Assembly: GCF_004010195.1 (NCBI RefSeq) | Contig: NC_057720.1 | Coordinates: 18,483,615 to 18,533,088 of the forward strand | Source: Chiloscyllium plagiosum | Taxonomy: Eukaryota | Direction of reading: 5' to 3' | Length of the DNA: 49,474 nt | Shown: one piece after another, positions 13,001 to 28,000 of the stretch | Layout: each line of letters opens with the position of its first letter | Position numbering within the stretch: the stretch's first letter is position 1 | Position numbers and translations under genes: made by a program | Notes under the pieces: model-generated | The model's database searches: none | The model's input: only the letters and a program-made list of their open reading frames with translations | Told to the model about the DNA's origin: nothing

Positions 13001-16000
13001 ACATCCTTTAGGGAAGACAACTGCCATCCTTACCTGCTCTGGCCTATATGTGACTCCAGACCAAAGTAATGTGATTGCCTCTTAACTGCCCTCTGGGCAA
13101 TTGGGGATGGGCAATAAATGGCTAGCAATGCCCTCATCTCGTGGATGAACAAAAAAAGCATTTGATCAATTGTTGATTTTTTTTAACATATTGAGCCAAG
13201 AAACCTGGGATTTATTAATTTTAAATATTGTGGTATGTTTTTCATATGCTGCTGTTAGTTTTTCATTTAACAAGTGCAACACAATTTAGGTTGACACATT
13301 AGTATGCTCAAGTCCAGGAGTGAGGTTTGAATGGCAGACTGAACTCCAGCTGTGAACCATAATGTCTTCTAAATTAATGCTGTGGCCTTTATGAGGAAAG
13401 GTGGTAAAACAGGCTGTTGTGATCGCCTAGTGGATGAAAGCATTGCTACAATATTAGGCTAGTACATAAGCAGGTTCCTCGGCCCAGTCTTTGGTTTGTG
13501 CTCACTTAGTTCGGTTCAAGGAAATGTTGTAGAATGGAGACATGCAGAGGAAAATGTTGCCCATGATTTAGAAATTAGGCCACATGGGGTGACAGTAAGG
13601 TCACCATCATCCCAGAGGATCCTGCTCCCTCATCAGTGAGAGAGGGACTACTCAAGGTGTTTTAACCTAAGAGTCATCATGCCTCAAGCAACAGACGAGG
13701 TTGAGAAGGTGGGACCTTCATGATTACCTTAGCCACTATGGGAATTGAAACTCTGCTGTTGGCATCACTGTGCATCACAAATCAGCTGTTCAGCAACTGA
13801 ACTAACTCACCCCCAAATTGATATGAATACTCTCTTTATAGTCAGCAATTTGACAATTTAATTTCACTGTTTGGATTTACCACTGCTGGTATTTGTGGAA
13901 TTCATGCACTGCATTAAGTGATTGAGGGGGAACAACAAAGATTAGTAGTTGGTGAGGTATAGTGTATGAAGGAAACAACAATGTAATATGTAGTTGAAAT
14001 AAAAGCAGTGCAAGAAAATCTCAGGTCTGGCAGGATCTGTGAAGAGGGAAAGTTAATGTTTCATGTCAAGTTACTCTTTGGAACTCTCTAGTGTGTGGTT
14101 AATCTTTTTTATCCTATAATTCAGCAGAGATAATTTGCTGTACTCAAAATATCAACTGACAAGCACCAAAGAGAGTGCGACCCAATATTGTTGTTTCTGT
14201 GATCGTCCAGTATTGGTGGTTCTTCATGAATTGAATTCGGTTACGTTCCAACAGCTTGGAATATTTAAGGATTATCTATAGGCTACAATGTATTTTGTTT
14301 TTTGAGAGGGAAGACTATCATAACCATATAACAACAAATAGGAATTTAGTAGCTACATATTCTCATTTAATCTATTAAACCAGCGAGAAACATTTTCTCA
14401 TGGGCATTTTATATAAAAAATCCAAAATGTTCTTAAAACTCTTCTTTCTCAATTGCAATTATACTGTGACAGTGGTCAACTCTTTAAAATGAATATGTAA
14501 TATAAGGATTCATAAAAGATAAGTCAACTTTTACTATTCTTAACAGATGTTTAATTGTATATTGAGCTGTATATTTTTGCTTTATTTTTGTTAGCTGGTA
14601 CCTAAAAATGCTGCAGTGCTGGAGGTGTAAACAGTGGTTCCATGAAGCCTGTATACAATGCTTACAGAAGCCAATGCTTTATGGAGACAGGTGATGTTAA
14701 ATACTAATGTTTAAAGCATGTCTATGATTTTTGGTTAAATTGAATGTATTTCCATAATATTATAATACCTTCATATCTATGTCTGACTATATGTTGACGA
14801 GCTCACTAAAGTAAATATTGCATTAACTCATTGCTGACAAGGAGTTAACCGAACAAGTAGTCTTTTGGTGATACAGTTGTTGGATTTCACTTTAAAAGCA
14901 GCTAAGTGATTCAGCTGCTTTAGGTGAGAAAGTGTACACATTGTGCATAGCTGCTTTGAGAAGTACTCTCGTTGCTTGCCAGATGTGATCTAGCTGACTC
15001 GACATCAGAGCAAAACTAAAACTTCACATCAGCATAAGCTGCATAGTATAGCGAACTTGCACGACGGTTTTTGTATTTAATTTCAATTTTCTTATGTATT
15101 TGAATTGTAAGTTATTTTGCCTTATTTGGATGACAGAAATGCATGTTTAGATCAAAATGTGTGCAACTCATAGCAGCAAGGCAGAGAGAAGACTTGCAGG
15201 GATGACACCAGAAAAGTACGTGTGCACGTAAGACTGACAGGCTCTGTCAATGTTCCCTCGTAAATAGAAGGCTGAGGGGTTCATAGAAAGCTAACCTTTC
15301 TTCGTAGAGATCTTTAAAATTATGAAAGGTTTGGCTGAGGTGTTGGCAGACTATTCCCCACAGGAAGAAACAATGGAGTTTTTGACCCTCAGCATAAGTC
15401 AACAAGAATTCCAGAAGGAATTTGAAAGAAACTTGTTAGTCAAAGAGTCGTGAGAATGTTGAATGTCAGTGTGTATCTTGAAAAGCTTTTAATCTCTGTT
15501 AAAGTATATATTAGTGTTTAGATTAGCTAAAGACATGCTTTTAGTTCTGTCACTTTTGGACTCTGTTATCTGGCCAACTAGAAAGATATTGAGCATAGAT
15601 AAAATATCTCCAAGTAGGTGAATTTGAGGCAGAGTTGGCTTGAGTCTGCCATAACTATGAGTTGATCTTTTTGGAAGTCTGAAAGCAAGTTTGTGATTTA
15701 TCTTGATTGCAAAATTTATGTGGAGAAGATACATAAACAAGAAGTAAATCCGATTATGTAGGAGAAACTAATCATTTATTTAAGTTTAAAATTTGTGCTG
15801 ATGTAATGCTTTTGACATCCGAGACAGCTTCAGTCAGTTCAATACTTGTGATGTTTAGTCACCATTGTAGGCAAGAATTTGAAGCAGCTGATTGTATGCC
15901 GCAAAGTCTCAAACTTATACATAATAAAAATCTGTTTGTGATGTTAGAGTGCCTTAGATAGAAGTCTTCTGTTCTTAGAAAAAGTCCTGTGAGATATTTC

Positions 16001-19000
16001 ACATCTATCTGACAACAGGCAAGTGACACCTGAATTTAACATTTTATCCCAAAGTCTCAAAAGTGCAACATTTTCTGATTGATGCACTGAAGTATCAAAG
16101 CAATTCTGTGTTTTACTCTTCAAATGAGGCGGAACACACTGCCTCAGAAAGTGGCGATGTTTCTGCTAAGCATATAGAGAGCCAAGAGTACTCCATGCTA
16201 TGAAAAGGACATGGAAGCTCTGGGGAGAGAAAAACAAACCAAGGGTTGCAAGGTTGAATGAGAATTAAGAGATTTTAGCTGTTGGAGAAGATTGTGGCTT
16301 TCTTTGATTTAGAAGTGACCAGATAGAGGTCTTTTAAAATTTTGATCAGATTGAACAGGATGAATATCTTTGCTCAGAACGGTTGGCATGTGGAACTTGT
16401 TACCACAGCAAATGATTGAGGTGAACAGTTTAGATGGCTCTTGTAAAAAAAAAGCTAAGTACATGAGAGAAGGGGGAAGTGAGAAGAAATGCTGAAATAA
16501 GAGAAGATGGAAGAGGGCGAACGATTTTCATGCAGTATAGATGACACACAGCTTAGTTGTGCTGAATGGCTCACGTCTATTCTTACATTCCTCGTAATCT
16601 GGAAATACCATTGTCATCTCTATATTGATTAAAAAGGATTTTTTTGTCCATTAGGTTTTATTTATTTATTTGTTCCGTATGCAATTCTGGACCAGAATAC
16701 CTCAAACGTCTACCTTTACGTTGGTAAGTTATATGTAATTGTTTTGCTTCAGTGTTTTAAAACCTACAGTATTATTTTGCTCAAATTTATCAAGAACTTT
16801 TATAAATACCAGTTGTTCTGATGGCATTATGATGGTTCTTTTTGATGATCAGGAGATTAAAGTCAATATAAATGATAATGTATTTACGCTGAAGTGATAA
16901 CTTGTAATGTCAAACACATTTGAGGACTATGCACAATTTTAATCATAATTTTAAAATGTTGACTAATATTCAAATCAGTTAATTTATTGTTCATTTCTTG
17001 TTAGAAAACAGAAACTTTAAAAAGTACCCGAAATAAATGGAATCAGTAACTGTAAAATGTTTGCAGTTTTAGTTCTGCCACCATCTGATTTATTTTCACA
17101 AGCTATATAATTGGATGAATTTGTCAGATTCCGATTGATCTATCCCTCCGAATCGCTCTTGGTTTTGAGTTAACCTGCAGTTTTGAGCGTGTGCTGTAAT
17201 TGACTAACAAATGAGTACTTGAAGAAATGTGATGAAACCTATGCTCCTCAGTGGATATTAAAATACTTTCGAACACTTTTCTCTCCCAGGGTTGACATAG
17301 CACACTTAAGCCTTTACAATTTAAGTGTTATTCATAAAAAGAAGTATTTTGATTCTGAGCTTGAATTGATGAATTACATTAATGAAAATTGGGACAAACT
17401 GCAACCTGGTGAGGTAAGGTCAAATTATGGTTTAGCACTGAATATGACTGACTTGTGTTTAGCAGAGTCAATTTCCAGACTGTTGTTTGTTGTATATGTT
17501 TATGTGCAGCAATATTTAAACTGGATAATTTTGCCTCAAATTATATTCTGCAACTTTTCAGTGGAAATATAATTTTAGGTTTTGTTTTAAAATGTGCATT
17601 TAACACTAAATTTAATGATGGGTTAATATTGAAGTTCAATTTGAAAACTGACTAGCTGGTGTATGTTGATACTTGTCAATATAAATATTTGGCAGAAATT
17701 TTATATGTTCTGTTAGAGGGTTAACTTGAATGTGTCATACATGAATATTTTACATTTAGTTTGGAGTATTGATGCACTCTAAAGTAGAAATAATTAAAAG
17801 CATATATATTCTTAGTTTTCTGAGATTAGATTACATTAGATTAGATTACATTACAGTGTGGAAACAGGCCCTTCGACCCAACAAGTCCACACCGACCCGC
17901 CAAAGCGTAACCCACCCATACCCCTACATATACCCCTTACCCCTTACTACGGGCAATTTAGCATAGCCAATTCACCTGACTTGCACATCTTTGGACTGTG
18001 GGAGGAAACCGGAGCACCCGGAGGAAACCCACGCAGACACTGGGAGAACGTGCGAACTCCACACAGTCAGTCGCCTGAGGCGGGAATTGAACCCGGGTCT
18101 CTGGCGCTGTGAGGCAGCAGTGCTAACCACTGTGCCACCGTGCCGTGAGCTTCAAAAGTACAGTATTAATTTTTATGCAGTAGGTAGATTTGTTTGAAAT
18201 TTATATCAATGTAACACACTTTGCTAATTTGCTAATATTTTGCGAATCAATAATTTTATGGGGCCCAAACAATAAAATGATTTTGAATTTGTCATGTTAT
18301 TCATTTGTAGCTTGTTGATACTCTAAAATCGGATCGATACGAATATGTTCTGGAAGCCCTAAATGAGAACAAATGCATGTAAGTGAGAGTTTAGATATTT
18401 TTGAATTAATCTGCAATGTTATTACACACTAATGGAATACTTGAACCTGGGATTTGTGGTTAAGAAGTAGGGACACTACCACTATGCCATTTGAGCCCCC
18501 AAAGTGCAGGTTAATCCCAAATAGGTACAATGGAATCGACTGTGTACAGTGTAAAGAAAATTCCACTGAAATAGATTTCTCCTATTAGCCTTTGTGCATG
18601 TAGAAAACGAAGGTAGTGAGTAGAACTCTGTTCAGTGAAAATATTTTCTGCCAGCTTGTCCATCACCCCAACTTTACTGAACTATATTTGCACTCTGCTC
18701 CTTTGTACGTTACATTCAAAGTCCCCACATTTTTTTAATTCAAATCCTGGTGAATTTTAATGCTTTATGAATGTTACTGCGGAGTCTGCAACAATACTTT
18801 CATGTAACAAAAGCAGAAATTGCTGGAAAGGCTCAGCAGGTCTCGCAGCATCTGTGGAGAGAAATAGAGTTAATGTTTCGGGTTGAGGAAAGCTCACTAA
18901 ACCCAAAATGTTAAGTCTTGATTTCTGTTCACAGATGCTGCCAGACTTGCTGAGCCTTTCCAGCAATTTCTATTTTTGTTGTGACTTCCAGCATTTGCAA

Positions 19001-22000
19001 TTTTTCCAGTTAATATTTCAATGTAATTTGACAGTGGTCACTGCATAAGAGGCTGATTGGCTACCTATGTTCTTGTAAGAGCAGTTCAACTAGTCACATT
19101 CCTCTGATCTTTCCCTTGAAGCAAACAAATAAAAAGGGTAAAAGTCACGGCCAAAGAACTGTAATAGGCATTGAACTTTAGTTAATGGTTTCAGGTGCAG
19201 ATCTAGCATTAGCAGGCTGCTTTTTGTATTGCAATTTATAAGATGCTGGCAACTTAATTTTTCAATAAGTTTCCAAAATTATTATCAACAAATCAGTCTA
19301 GATGGGATGGAATTAATAAGCTGAACTTGTTACAAAAAATTAGTGGGTAGGAGATTGTCCAACAGCCAGATGACATTATGTGATTTTGAGAAGTTTTTTT
19401 TTGGTTCTTTAAAAATGCAAATGGATTGACGTTCTTTGTATGCTTATTTTCCTTTTGCATGGATTTTAACAAGGATTTTGATGAAGTTCCATGAAGTAGT
19501 GTGGTCAGAAAATTAGAAGGCCGTGGGATCCATGGGAAAGTGGCAAATAACATTTAAAATTAGTTCAGTGGCAGTAACCAATGGGTTTCTTTGCTTAGCT
19601 GAATAGCTGCTTTCAGTGGACTTTCACAGTGCTGCTTACTGTTCATATCTTAATCTTAAATATAGTAGACATAATTATGTACGTAGATAATTATCTGTAG
19701 GGTTCCTAGTGAGGAAGAAAGCTGTAAACTGCAAGGAAAATAAGTATGTTTTGGTCAGATGCTGGAAAGTGGAATTCAGCCTAGTAGAGTGAAGTAACAC
19801 ATTTGCAGAGGCATGGGGTGAGGTGGGGAGAATGTTCTCTGCTTACCACAGGAGTCAATTTGTTGTGAAATTGCCTTTTCATGGGATGTTATTATATTAA
19901 AACAGCTAATTAGTAATAGTTATTGTATCTATTATTCTGTTAAGTTTCCGATCGAGTTAAGTTATTCCAATTCCTTCTTTCCTTTTTTAATTGTATTTTA
20001 ACTATAGTGGATGAATAAAGTGCTTTGCATGAAATCAGGTAGCTTGACTCATTGAATTGTACTTGGAAAGCAGCACCTTACGTTTACCTTTAAAATTAAA
20101 AAAATTGTCTTGACTACCTTTTGAATTTTGAGGGGGTTTAGTCTGGTTCATAACAGAGGGTAGAGAGGTGATTTGTAAGGATGTGGTAAGGAATTAAAAA
20201 TCTTTGCTTTAAGGAATGTTGATTCAGCTGTTAGTTTTCTTTGATACTTAGGAGGTTTGAAAGATTTACTTGACCTATACAAAATTAAGAGGCTCAGGTG
20301 GTGAATAGTAACGGCTGTACAGGACATTGGTTAGGCCACTGTTGGAATATTGCAAGCAGTTCTGGTCTCCTTCCTATCGGAGAGATGTTATGAAACTTTA
20401 AAGGGTTCAGAAAAGGTTTACAGGGATGTTGCTGGGGTTGGAGAATTTGAGCTATAGGGAGAGGCTGAACAGGCTGGGGCTGTTTTCCCTGGAGCATCGG
20501 GGGCTGAGGGATGACCTTTTCAAGGTTTACAATATTATGAGGGGCATGGATAGGGTAAATAGACGAAGTCTTTTCCCTGGGGTCGGGAGTCCAGAGCTAG
20601 AGGGCATAGGTTTAGGGTGAGAGAGGAAAGATATAAAAGAGACCTCCGAGGCAACTTTTTCACACAGAGGCTGGGGTACGAGTATGGAATGAGCTGCCAG
20701 AGGAAGTGGTGGAGGCTAGTACAATTGCAACATTTAAGAGGCATTTGGATGGGTATATGAATAGGAAGGGTTTGGAGGGATATGGGCAGGGTGCTGGCAG
20801 GTGGGACTAGATTGGGTTGGGATATCTGGTCGGCATGGATGGGTTGGACCGAAGGGTCTGTTTCCATGCTGTACGTCTCTATGACTCTATGACCTGTTTT
20901 CCTTGGAGCTGTCACTGACTGGGGGCATACGTTTCAAGTAATTGGAAGAACAATTAGAGGGTGGCATGTGTCTGGAATTTAGTGCCTGAAAGGACTATAG
21001 AGGTTGAAATATTCACTATATTTAAAAACTATTGAGGTATATTGAACTGCTGTAACCTTGCAGGGTGATACTAAGAATTGGACAGTAGGATTGGTCTGGA
21101 TAGCTCCTGTTTGACTGGCATAGACATGATTAGCTGAACAGCCACCTGTGACATAGATGTTCTATATTTCCAAGGTATGCACTGTGGCATACAGCAAGAA
21201 GAATGTCTTTCCTCTATGCAATTTGAAAATCTTTGTCGCATTTTGTTTTGTGTCTAATCTGGTCATTGGAATCAGGTTCATGTCTGGCAAAGAAATAAAG
21301 AAGAAGAAACATTTATTTGGATTGCGAATTCGTGTACCTCCGGTTCCTCCTAATGGTGCAATGAAGACTGAAGAAATTACTGAGGATGTTTCTCATGAAT
21401 TTAAAATTAAGGGAAGAAAATCTAGTAAACCTACACCTGTATCAACACCTGTTGCTGCAAAAAGGTAAAGCAAATCACAAAGCTGTTGTCTTTTGGCTCT
21501 TTGAAGAGAGATCTGAGACAAACTGAGTTGCCATAGGCAACAGAAATACATTCTGGACCTCAGCATGAGCTGTCAGACCATTCTGAGATGCATGAGCAAT
21601 TTCAGTAATGCATGAAGACTAACTGTGTCATTCCAAGTAGTGAGATTCTGCATTTTTACGTAAACTTGAAATGTCAGAGAGTCTTTAGTGTCTCTTCCAC
21701 CTAAGGTAGATAATCCACTCGGAAGTTCATAGATTATTGTCCTTTTCTTTTAAAAATAAACTTTTTTTTATTATCATGGTACCCTTCCTTCCTTGTGTAC
21801 AATCACAATCTGATCTTAATACCCTTACTGCTTTCTGTCCCAAGTTATATATTTTTAAAATTATCATCGCTTATGGTTTCATTGATATCTTGTATTTCAT
21901 GACTTATGGCTCAGATCACGGTGTGGTAAATCTTTGAAAGAACTGTCCATTTTATGATACTCAAGTTAGTTTTGTAATGCTCAATATTAGAGTCAGAGAG

Positions 22001-25000
22001 ATGTACAGCATGGAAACAGACCCTTCGGTCCAACTCGTCCATGCTGACCAGATATCCCAACCCAATCTAGTCCCACCTGCCAGCACCCAGCCCATATTCC
22101 TCCAAATCCTTCCTATTCGTGTACCCGTCCAAATACCTTTTAAATGTTGCAATTGTACCAGCCTCCACCACTTTCTCTGGCAGTTCATTCCATACACGTA
22201 CCACCCTCTGCATGAAAAAAGTTGCCCCTTGGGTCACTTTTATATCTTTCCCTTGTCCCCCTAAACCTATGCCCTCTAGTCATGGACTCCCCCACCCAGG
22301 GAAAAGACTTTGTCTATTTATCCTTTCCATGATTTTCATTTTTATAAACATCTAAAAAAATCACCCCATAGCCTCTGACGCTTCAGGGAAAATAGCCACA
22401 GTTAATTCAACCTCTCCCTATAGCTCAAATCCTCCAACCCTTGCAACATCCTTGTAAATCTTTTCTGAACCCTTTCAAGTTTCACAATATCCTCTCAACA
22501 GGAAGGAGACCAGAATTGCTTGCAATATTCCACCAGTGGCCTAACGAGTGTCCTGTACAGCTGCAACATGACCTCCCAACTCCTGTACTCAATACTCTGA
22601 CCAGTAAAGGAAAGCATACCAAACATCTTCATTAGTAGTTAATAATTGTAGCAAAGCAAATAATGGCAAATAAGTGAAATGTTTTTCAGAATTAAAGCAA
22701 AAAGCCTTGAAATACAAAGAGGAGATTAAGAAAAGAAGAAAGGAAAGCACTGTGTAGAAGAAAAACAGCTTACATAAAATAAGACGAATTGTATTGACAA
22801 AATTAACCCATTCTAAGCTATTTGAACTCTGCATTTAAGTGGAATCATAAATTCTCAGTTAAGTAGATTAATGATAAATCTCCATCTGAGTAGGCCATGG
22901 CTCAAAATATATTGTGATAGATGAATTCCCCTCTCCCGACAGCTTGAAAAATAAGAAACTCTCCCAATCTAAAAATGACACAAAATTCAATCATTGGCCA
23001 ACAAATCAGAAAGGTTGCCCCTTTTAAGTAGAAAAAGACTGAGGGGCTGAAAGGGGACTGAGCAGTTTTAAACCTTTTATCAATGAAATATTTTGCTAAC
23101 TGGATCCAGGAAGTCTTCAAGCTGCTGAGGCAATTACTTCCTTGCAAATGAATATGCAGTTCCTAGTTTGCATTATTTGACCCTTGGAGTAGGCATATTC
23201 TCTCCCTTGACTATGCTGTACTTCTGGTTTCCAGTGTATCTTGGCTGTGATTTGGGAACAGATTCTCTTCTAATTGCTACTGAAATTTCTATTGGAAGGG
23301 GGAACTATTGAATTTTTTTGAAAAGAAATGTATCTCATTATTCTGAAAACAAAAACTTTTAGTGCTCCATATGTTCTCTAAACTGTAAGTTTTGTGTAGT
23401 TTTTGCATTCTAATAATTTATTTTTTAATCAGTAGTCCATTAAATAATGACCTGGAAAAAAAAGTCAAGAAAAAGTCATCCATTGAACCTTCAGAACAGT
23501 ATACAAAATTGAAGGTCAAAAGAATCACTGATTCAACGACTGTAGTAAGTTGACTTATTCTCTTCAATATTTCTGCTTTACAGCTTGGCTATTGAAATCA
23601 AAGAGGTATGGAATATAATTACAAAGGCAGCAATCATCTCAGTCGTCATTTTATCACATCGATTTTTCAATAAAGGTTCATAAATCATGAATGACTACTT
23701 GAATTTGAGTTACTGTAATTGGGATGTTTTGTCTGCTTTCTGTGTCCCCTCTATATCTGGATATTTAGATGTCAGTGGATACTAATCAATGGTGGACTAA
23801 TTAATAGATTGTGTACATTCTCACTTTTCAATTTTTCAGTTAAGTTATCTGAAAAAATGAAATTTGGAGTCTAGTCCATGTTGATCAGTGCCACTAATTA
23901 TTCTAGCTTTGTTTAATTTATTTGAAGTCGGTTGGTTCAGCAAGTTTCCTTAAATCAGTTGGCCAACTTGTGTTAGCAGCACAGGTAATATTTACTTAGA
24001 TAATTGGCTTGGTTCTGGTACAATAATGCACAGCCAACTGATTGTGTTCAGTTTGTGTATTTGTCACAGTTAATTCAGCAAAGTTAAGAGTTTGATGTTT
24101 ACGGTTTGAATTGACTTTAGTAGACAATGTTTTCAGGGCTGTGGGGAAAGAATGGGGGAAGTGGGACTCCAGTTGCTCTTGCCAGCTCTCTTCATGGCAC
24201 AATGATCTTCTTCTGTCATGATTATATGATTTTATTTCAGATTCCTAAATTGATTCTTGTTGAATATTCCTAGGTTATTTAAAAGTACTGTTAGTAATAG
24301 ATGGTCATGTGACATCACTACGTTTATGTAGTGTACATACCCAAAGATGCATTACAATATGCAATTGTATTCATTTCCCATTTTTTGCGTTATACAGAAT
24401 GTGTACATAGCATGTGCAGAATGAAATGATTTTAAGTGTTAAACTCATTCCTAATATGGGGAACAAAATGAAGATTTACAAGTAGTTTGGGGGGCTAAAG
24501 AAATTGTACCTATTGCTAAGCGGAAGAGAGAGGCTTATGTGACGTTGAGGTGAGATGGTTCAGATGAGGCGATGGAGAGTTAGAGTAGCTAGGAAGGATT
24601 TAAAGAGAGCGTTAAGAGGAGCAAGGAGGGGACATTAGCAGTCTTTAGCAGGTAGAATAAAGGAGAACCCTAAAGCTTTCTATAGATATGAGGAATAAAA
24701 GGATGATGAGGGTATGAATAAGGCCTGTCAGAGACACAAGTGGGAAGTTGTGTGTGGGCCCTATGGAGATCGGAGACATACTAAACGAATATTTCTCACC
24801 TGTTTTCACTCGGGAAATGGAGAATATTGTAGAGGAGAAGACTGAGATATGGGCTATTAGACTTGAAAGGATTGAGGTTAGTGAGGAGATGTTATCAATT
24901 CTAGAAGGTGTGAAATTAGGTAAATCCCGTGGGTTGTTTAGGATTTTTCCAAGAGATCTCTGGGATGCTAGGAAGGAGATGGCTGATCTTTGAGTCATCA

Positions 25001-28000
25001 TTGTCCATAGGTTTAGTACCAGAGGACTGGAGGATTGCAAACGTTGTGCCCTTGTTCAAGAAGGGCAGTAGAGATAACCCAGGTAACTTATAGACTAGTG
25101 AGCCTTGTGTCTGTTGGAGGAAAAGTTTTGGAAAGGATTAGAAGAGAGAGGATTTATCGAATTTTGAGAAGGTTTGTAGCTCAGGTTGAGGTTTTGGGTG
25201 TAGGTTTGCTCGCTGACCTGGAAGGTTCATTTCCAGACATTTCGTTACCCTACTAGTGGGGCCTCCGGGTGAAGCATGGATACATGAACACTAACTAGCC
25301 ACAAAAAGACATGACCCACTCTGACTAGTATCCTCACATACGGATGAGGAAGGACACCACTTCGACTGGGACAACACATCAATCTTAGGACAAGCCAAAC
25401 AGAGACAGGCACAAGAATTCCTAGAAGCATGGCATTCCAACCGGGACTATCAACAAACACATAGAGTTAGACCCCATCTACCACCCGCTGAGAAAAGGAA
25501 CAGGAAATAACTTCACCACAGAAAATAACATCACCACAGGAAGTGACATCACCAACCCAAAGATATAAATAGAAAGCAGGAGTTTTCAGCATTGCTTCGC
25601 CTGGAGGCCCACTGAAGATGTTACCTAGTAGGGTAACAAAACATCTAGAAATGAACCTTCCGGCTCAGCGAGCAAACCTACATCCAAAAGATAGGATTTA
25701 TAATTATCTAGCAAGCAATAATTTGATTGGAAATAGTCAACATGATTTCGTCAAGGGGAGGTGGTGTCTCACAAATCTCATTGAGTTTTTTGAGGTGGTG
25801 ACCTAGCATGTGGATGAACGTAGGGCAGTTAATGTGGTGTACGTGGACTTCAGCAAAGCCTTTGATAAGGTTTCACATGGTAGGCTACTGGAGTAAATGC
25901 AGAGGCATGGGACTGAGGGTGATTTAGCAGTTTAGAATAGAAACTGGCTTTCTGTAAGAAGGCAACGAGTGGTGATGGAGAATATTTAGCCTGGAGTCCG
26001 GTTACCAGTGGTGTGCTACAAGGATCTGTTTTGGGACGGTTGCAGTTTGTCATTTTTAGAAACGACTTGGATGCAGGCATAGATGGATGGGTTAGTCAGT
26101 TTGCAGATGATACTGAAGTCACTGGAGTGGTGGACAGTGTGGAAGAGTGTTGCAGGGAGACTTGAATAAACTGCAGAATTGGGCTGAAAGGTAGCAAATG
26201 GAGTTCAATGCAGATAAAATGAGGTGATTCACTTTGGAAAGAATAACAAGGCAGAATACTGGGTCAACTTGAAAGGTTCTTCGTAGTGTGGATGTGCAGA
26301 GGAATCTTGGTGTCCATGTACATAGAAGGAGAAAGTGAGGACTGCAGATGCTGCGGATCAGAGCTTAAAAATGTGTTGCTGGAAAAGCTCAGCAGGTCAG
26401 GCAGCATCAAAGGAGAAGGAGAATTGACGTTTCGGGCATAAGCCCTTCTTCAGGAATAAGGAGGGTGTGCCAAGCAGGCTAAGATAAAAGGTAGGGAGGA
26501 GGGACTTGGGGGAGGGGTGTTGGGAATGCGANNNNNNNNNNNNNNNNNNNNNNNNNNNNNNNNNNNNNNNNNNNNNNNNNNNNNNNNNNNNNNNNNNNNN
26601 NNNNNNNNNNNNNNNNNNNNNNNNNNNNNNNNNNNNNNNNNNNNNNNNNNNNNNNNNNNNNNNNNNNNNNNNNNNNNNNNNNNNNNNNNNNNNNNNNNNN
26701 NNNNNNNNNNNNNNNNNNNNNNNNNNNNNNNNNNNNNNNNNNNNNNNNNNNNNNNNNNNNNNNNNNNNNNNNNNNNNNNNNNNNNNNNNNNNNNNNNNNN
26801 NNNNNNNNNNNNNNNNNNNNNNNNNNNNNNNNNNNNNNNNNNNNNNNNNNNNNNNNNNNNNNNNNNNNNNNNNNNNNNNNNNNNNNNNNNNNNNNNNNNN
26901 NNNNNNNNNNNNNNNNNNNNNNNNNNNNNNNNNNNNNNNTTGGTCTTTCCGGATCGCTGATAGGGGTGGGGAGGGAAATATATCCTTTGTGGTGGGGTCC
27001 GTTTGGAGGAGGTGGAAATGACGAATGATGATCCGATGTATCTGGAGGTTGGTGGGGTGGGAGGTGAGGACGAGTGTGTTTCTGTCCTGGTGGCGGTTGG
27101 AGGGGCAGTGGAGAGCATCGTCAACCACGTCTGAGGGGAAATTGCGGTCTTTGAAGAAGGAGGCCATCTGGGTTGTTTGGTATTGGAATGGGTACTGGGA
27201 GCAGATGCAGCGAAAGCGAAGGAATTGGAATATGGGATTTCGAAAATTTACCTAGATTACACGTCTTCCCACCCTGCCCCCTGTAAAAGACTGCAATTTT
27301 CCCTCCGACGTGGTTGACGCTGCTCTCCACCGCATCTCCTCCACTTCCCGCTCCTGCGCCCTTGAACGCCGCCCCTCCAATCGCCACCAGGACAGAACCA
27401 CACTAGTCCTCACCTACCACCTCACCAACCTCCAGAAATATCGGATCATCATTCGTCATTTCCACCACCTCCAAACGGACCCCACCACCAAGGATATATT
27501 TCCCTCCCTACCCCGATCAGCGTTTCGGAAAGACCACTCCCTTCGCGACTCCCTTGTCAGATCCACACTCCCCACAACCCAACCTCCACTCCTAGCACCT
27601 TCCCCTGCAACCGCAAAAAATGCAAAACTTGCGCCCAACCTCCCCCCTCCCTTCCCTCCAAGGCCCCAAGGGATCCTTCAATATCCATCAGAAATTCACC
27701 TGCACCTCCACACACATCATTTACTGCATCCGCTGCACCCGATGTGGCCTCCTATACATTGGGGAGACAGGCCGCCTATTTGCAGAATGTATCAGAGAAC
27801 ACCTCTGGGACACCCGGACCAACCAACCCAACCGTCCCGTGGCTGAATACTTCAACTCCCCCTCCCACTCCGCCAAGGACATGCAGGTCCTTGGCCGCCT
27901 CCATCGCCAGACCATGGCAACACGATGCCTGGAGGAAGAGCGCCTCATCTTCCACCTAGGAACCCTCCAACCACAAGGGATGAATACAGATTTCTCTAGC

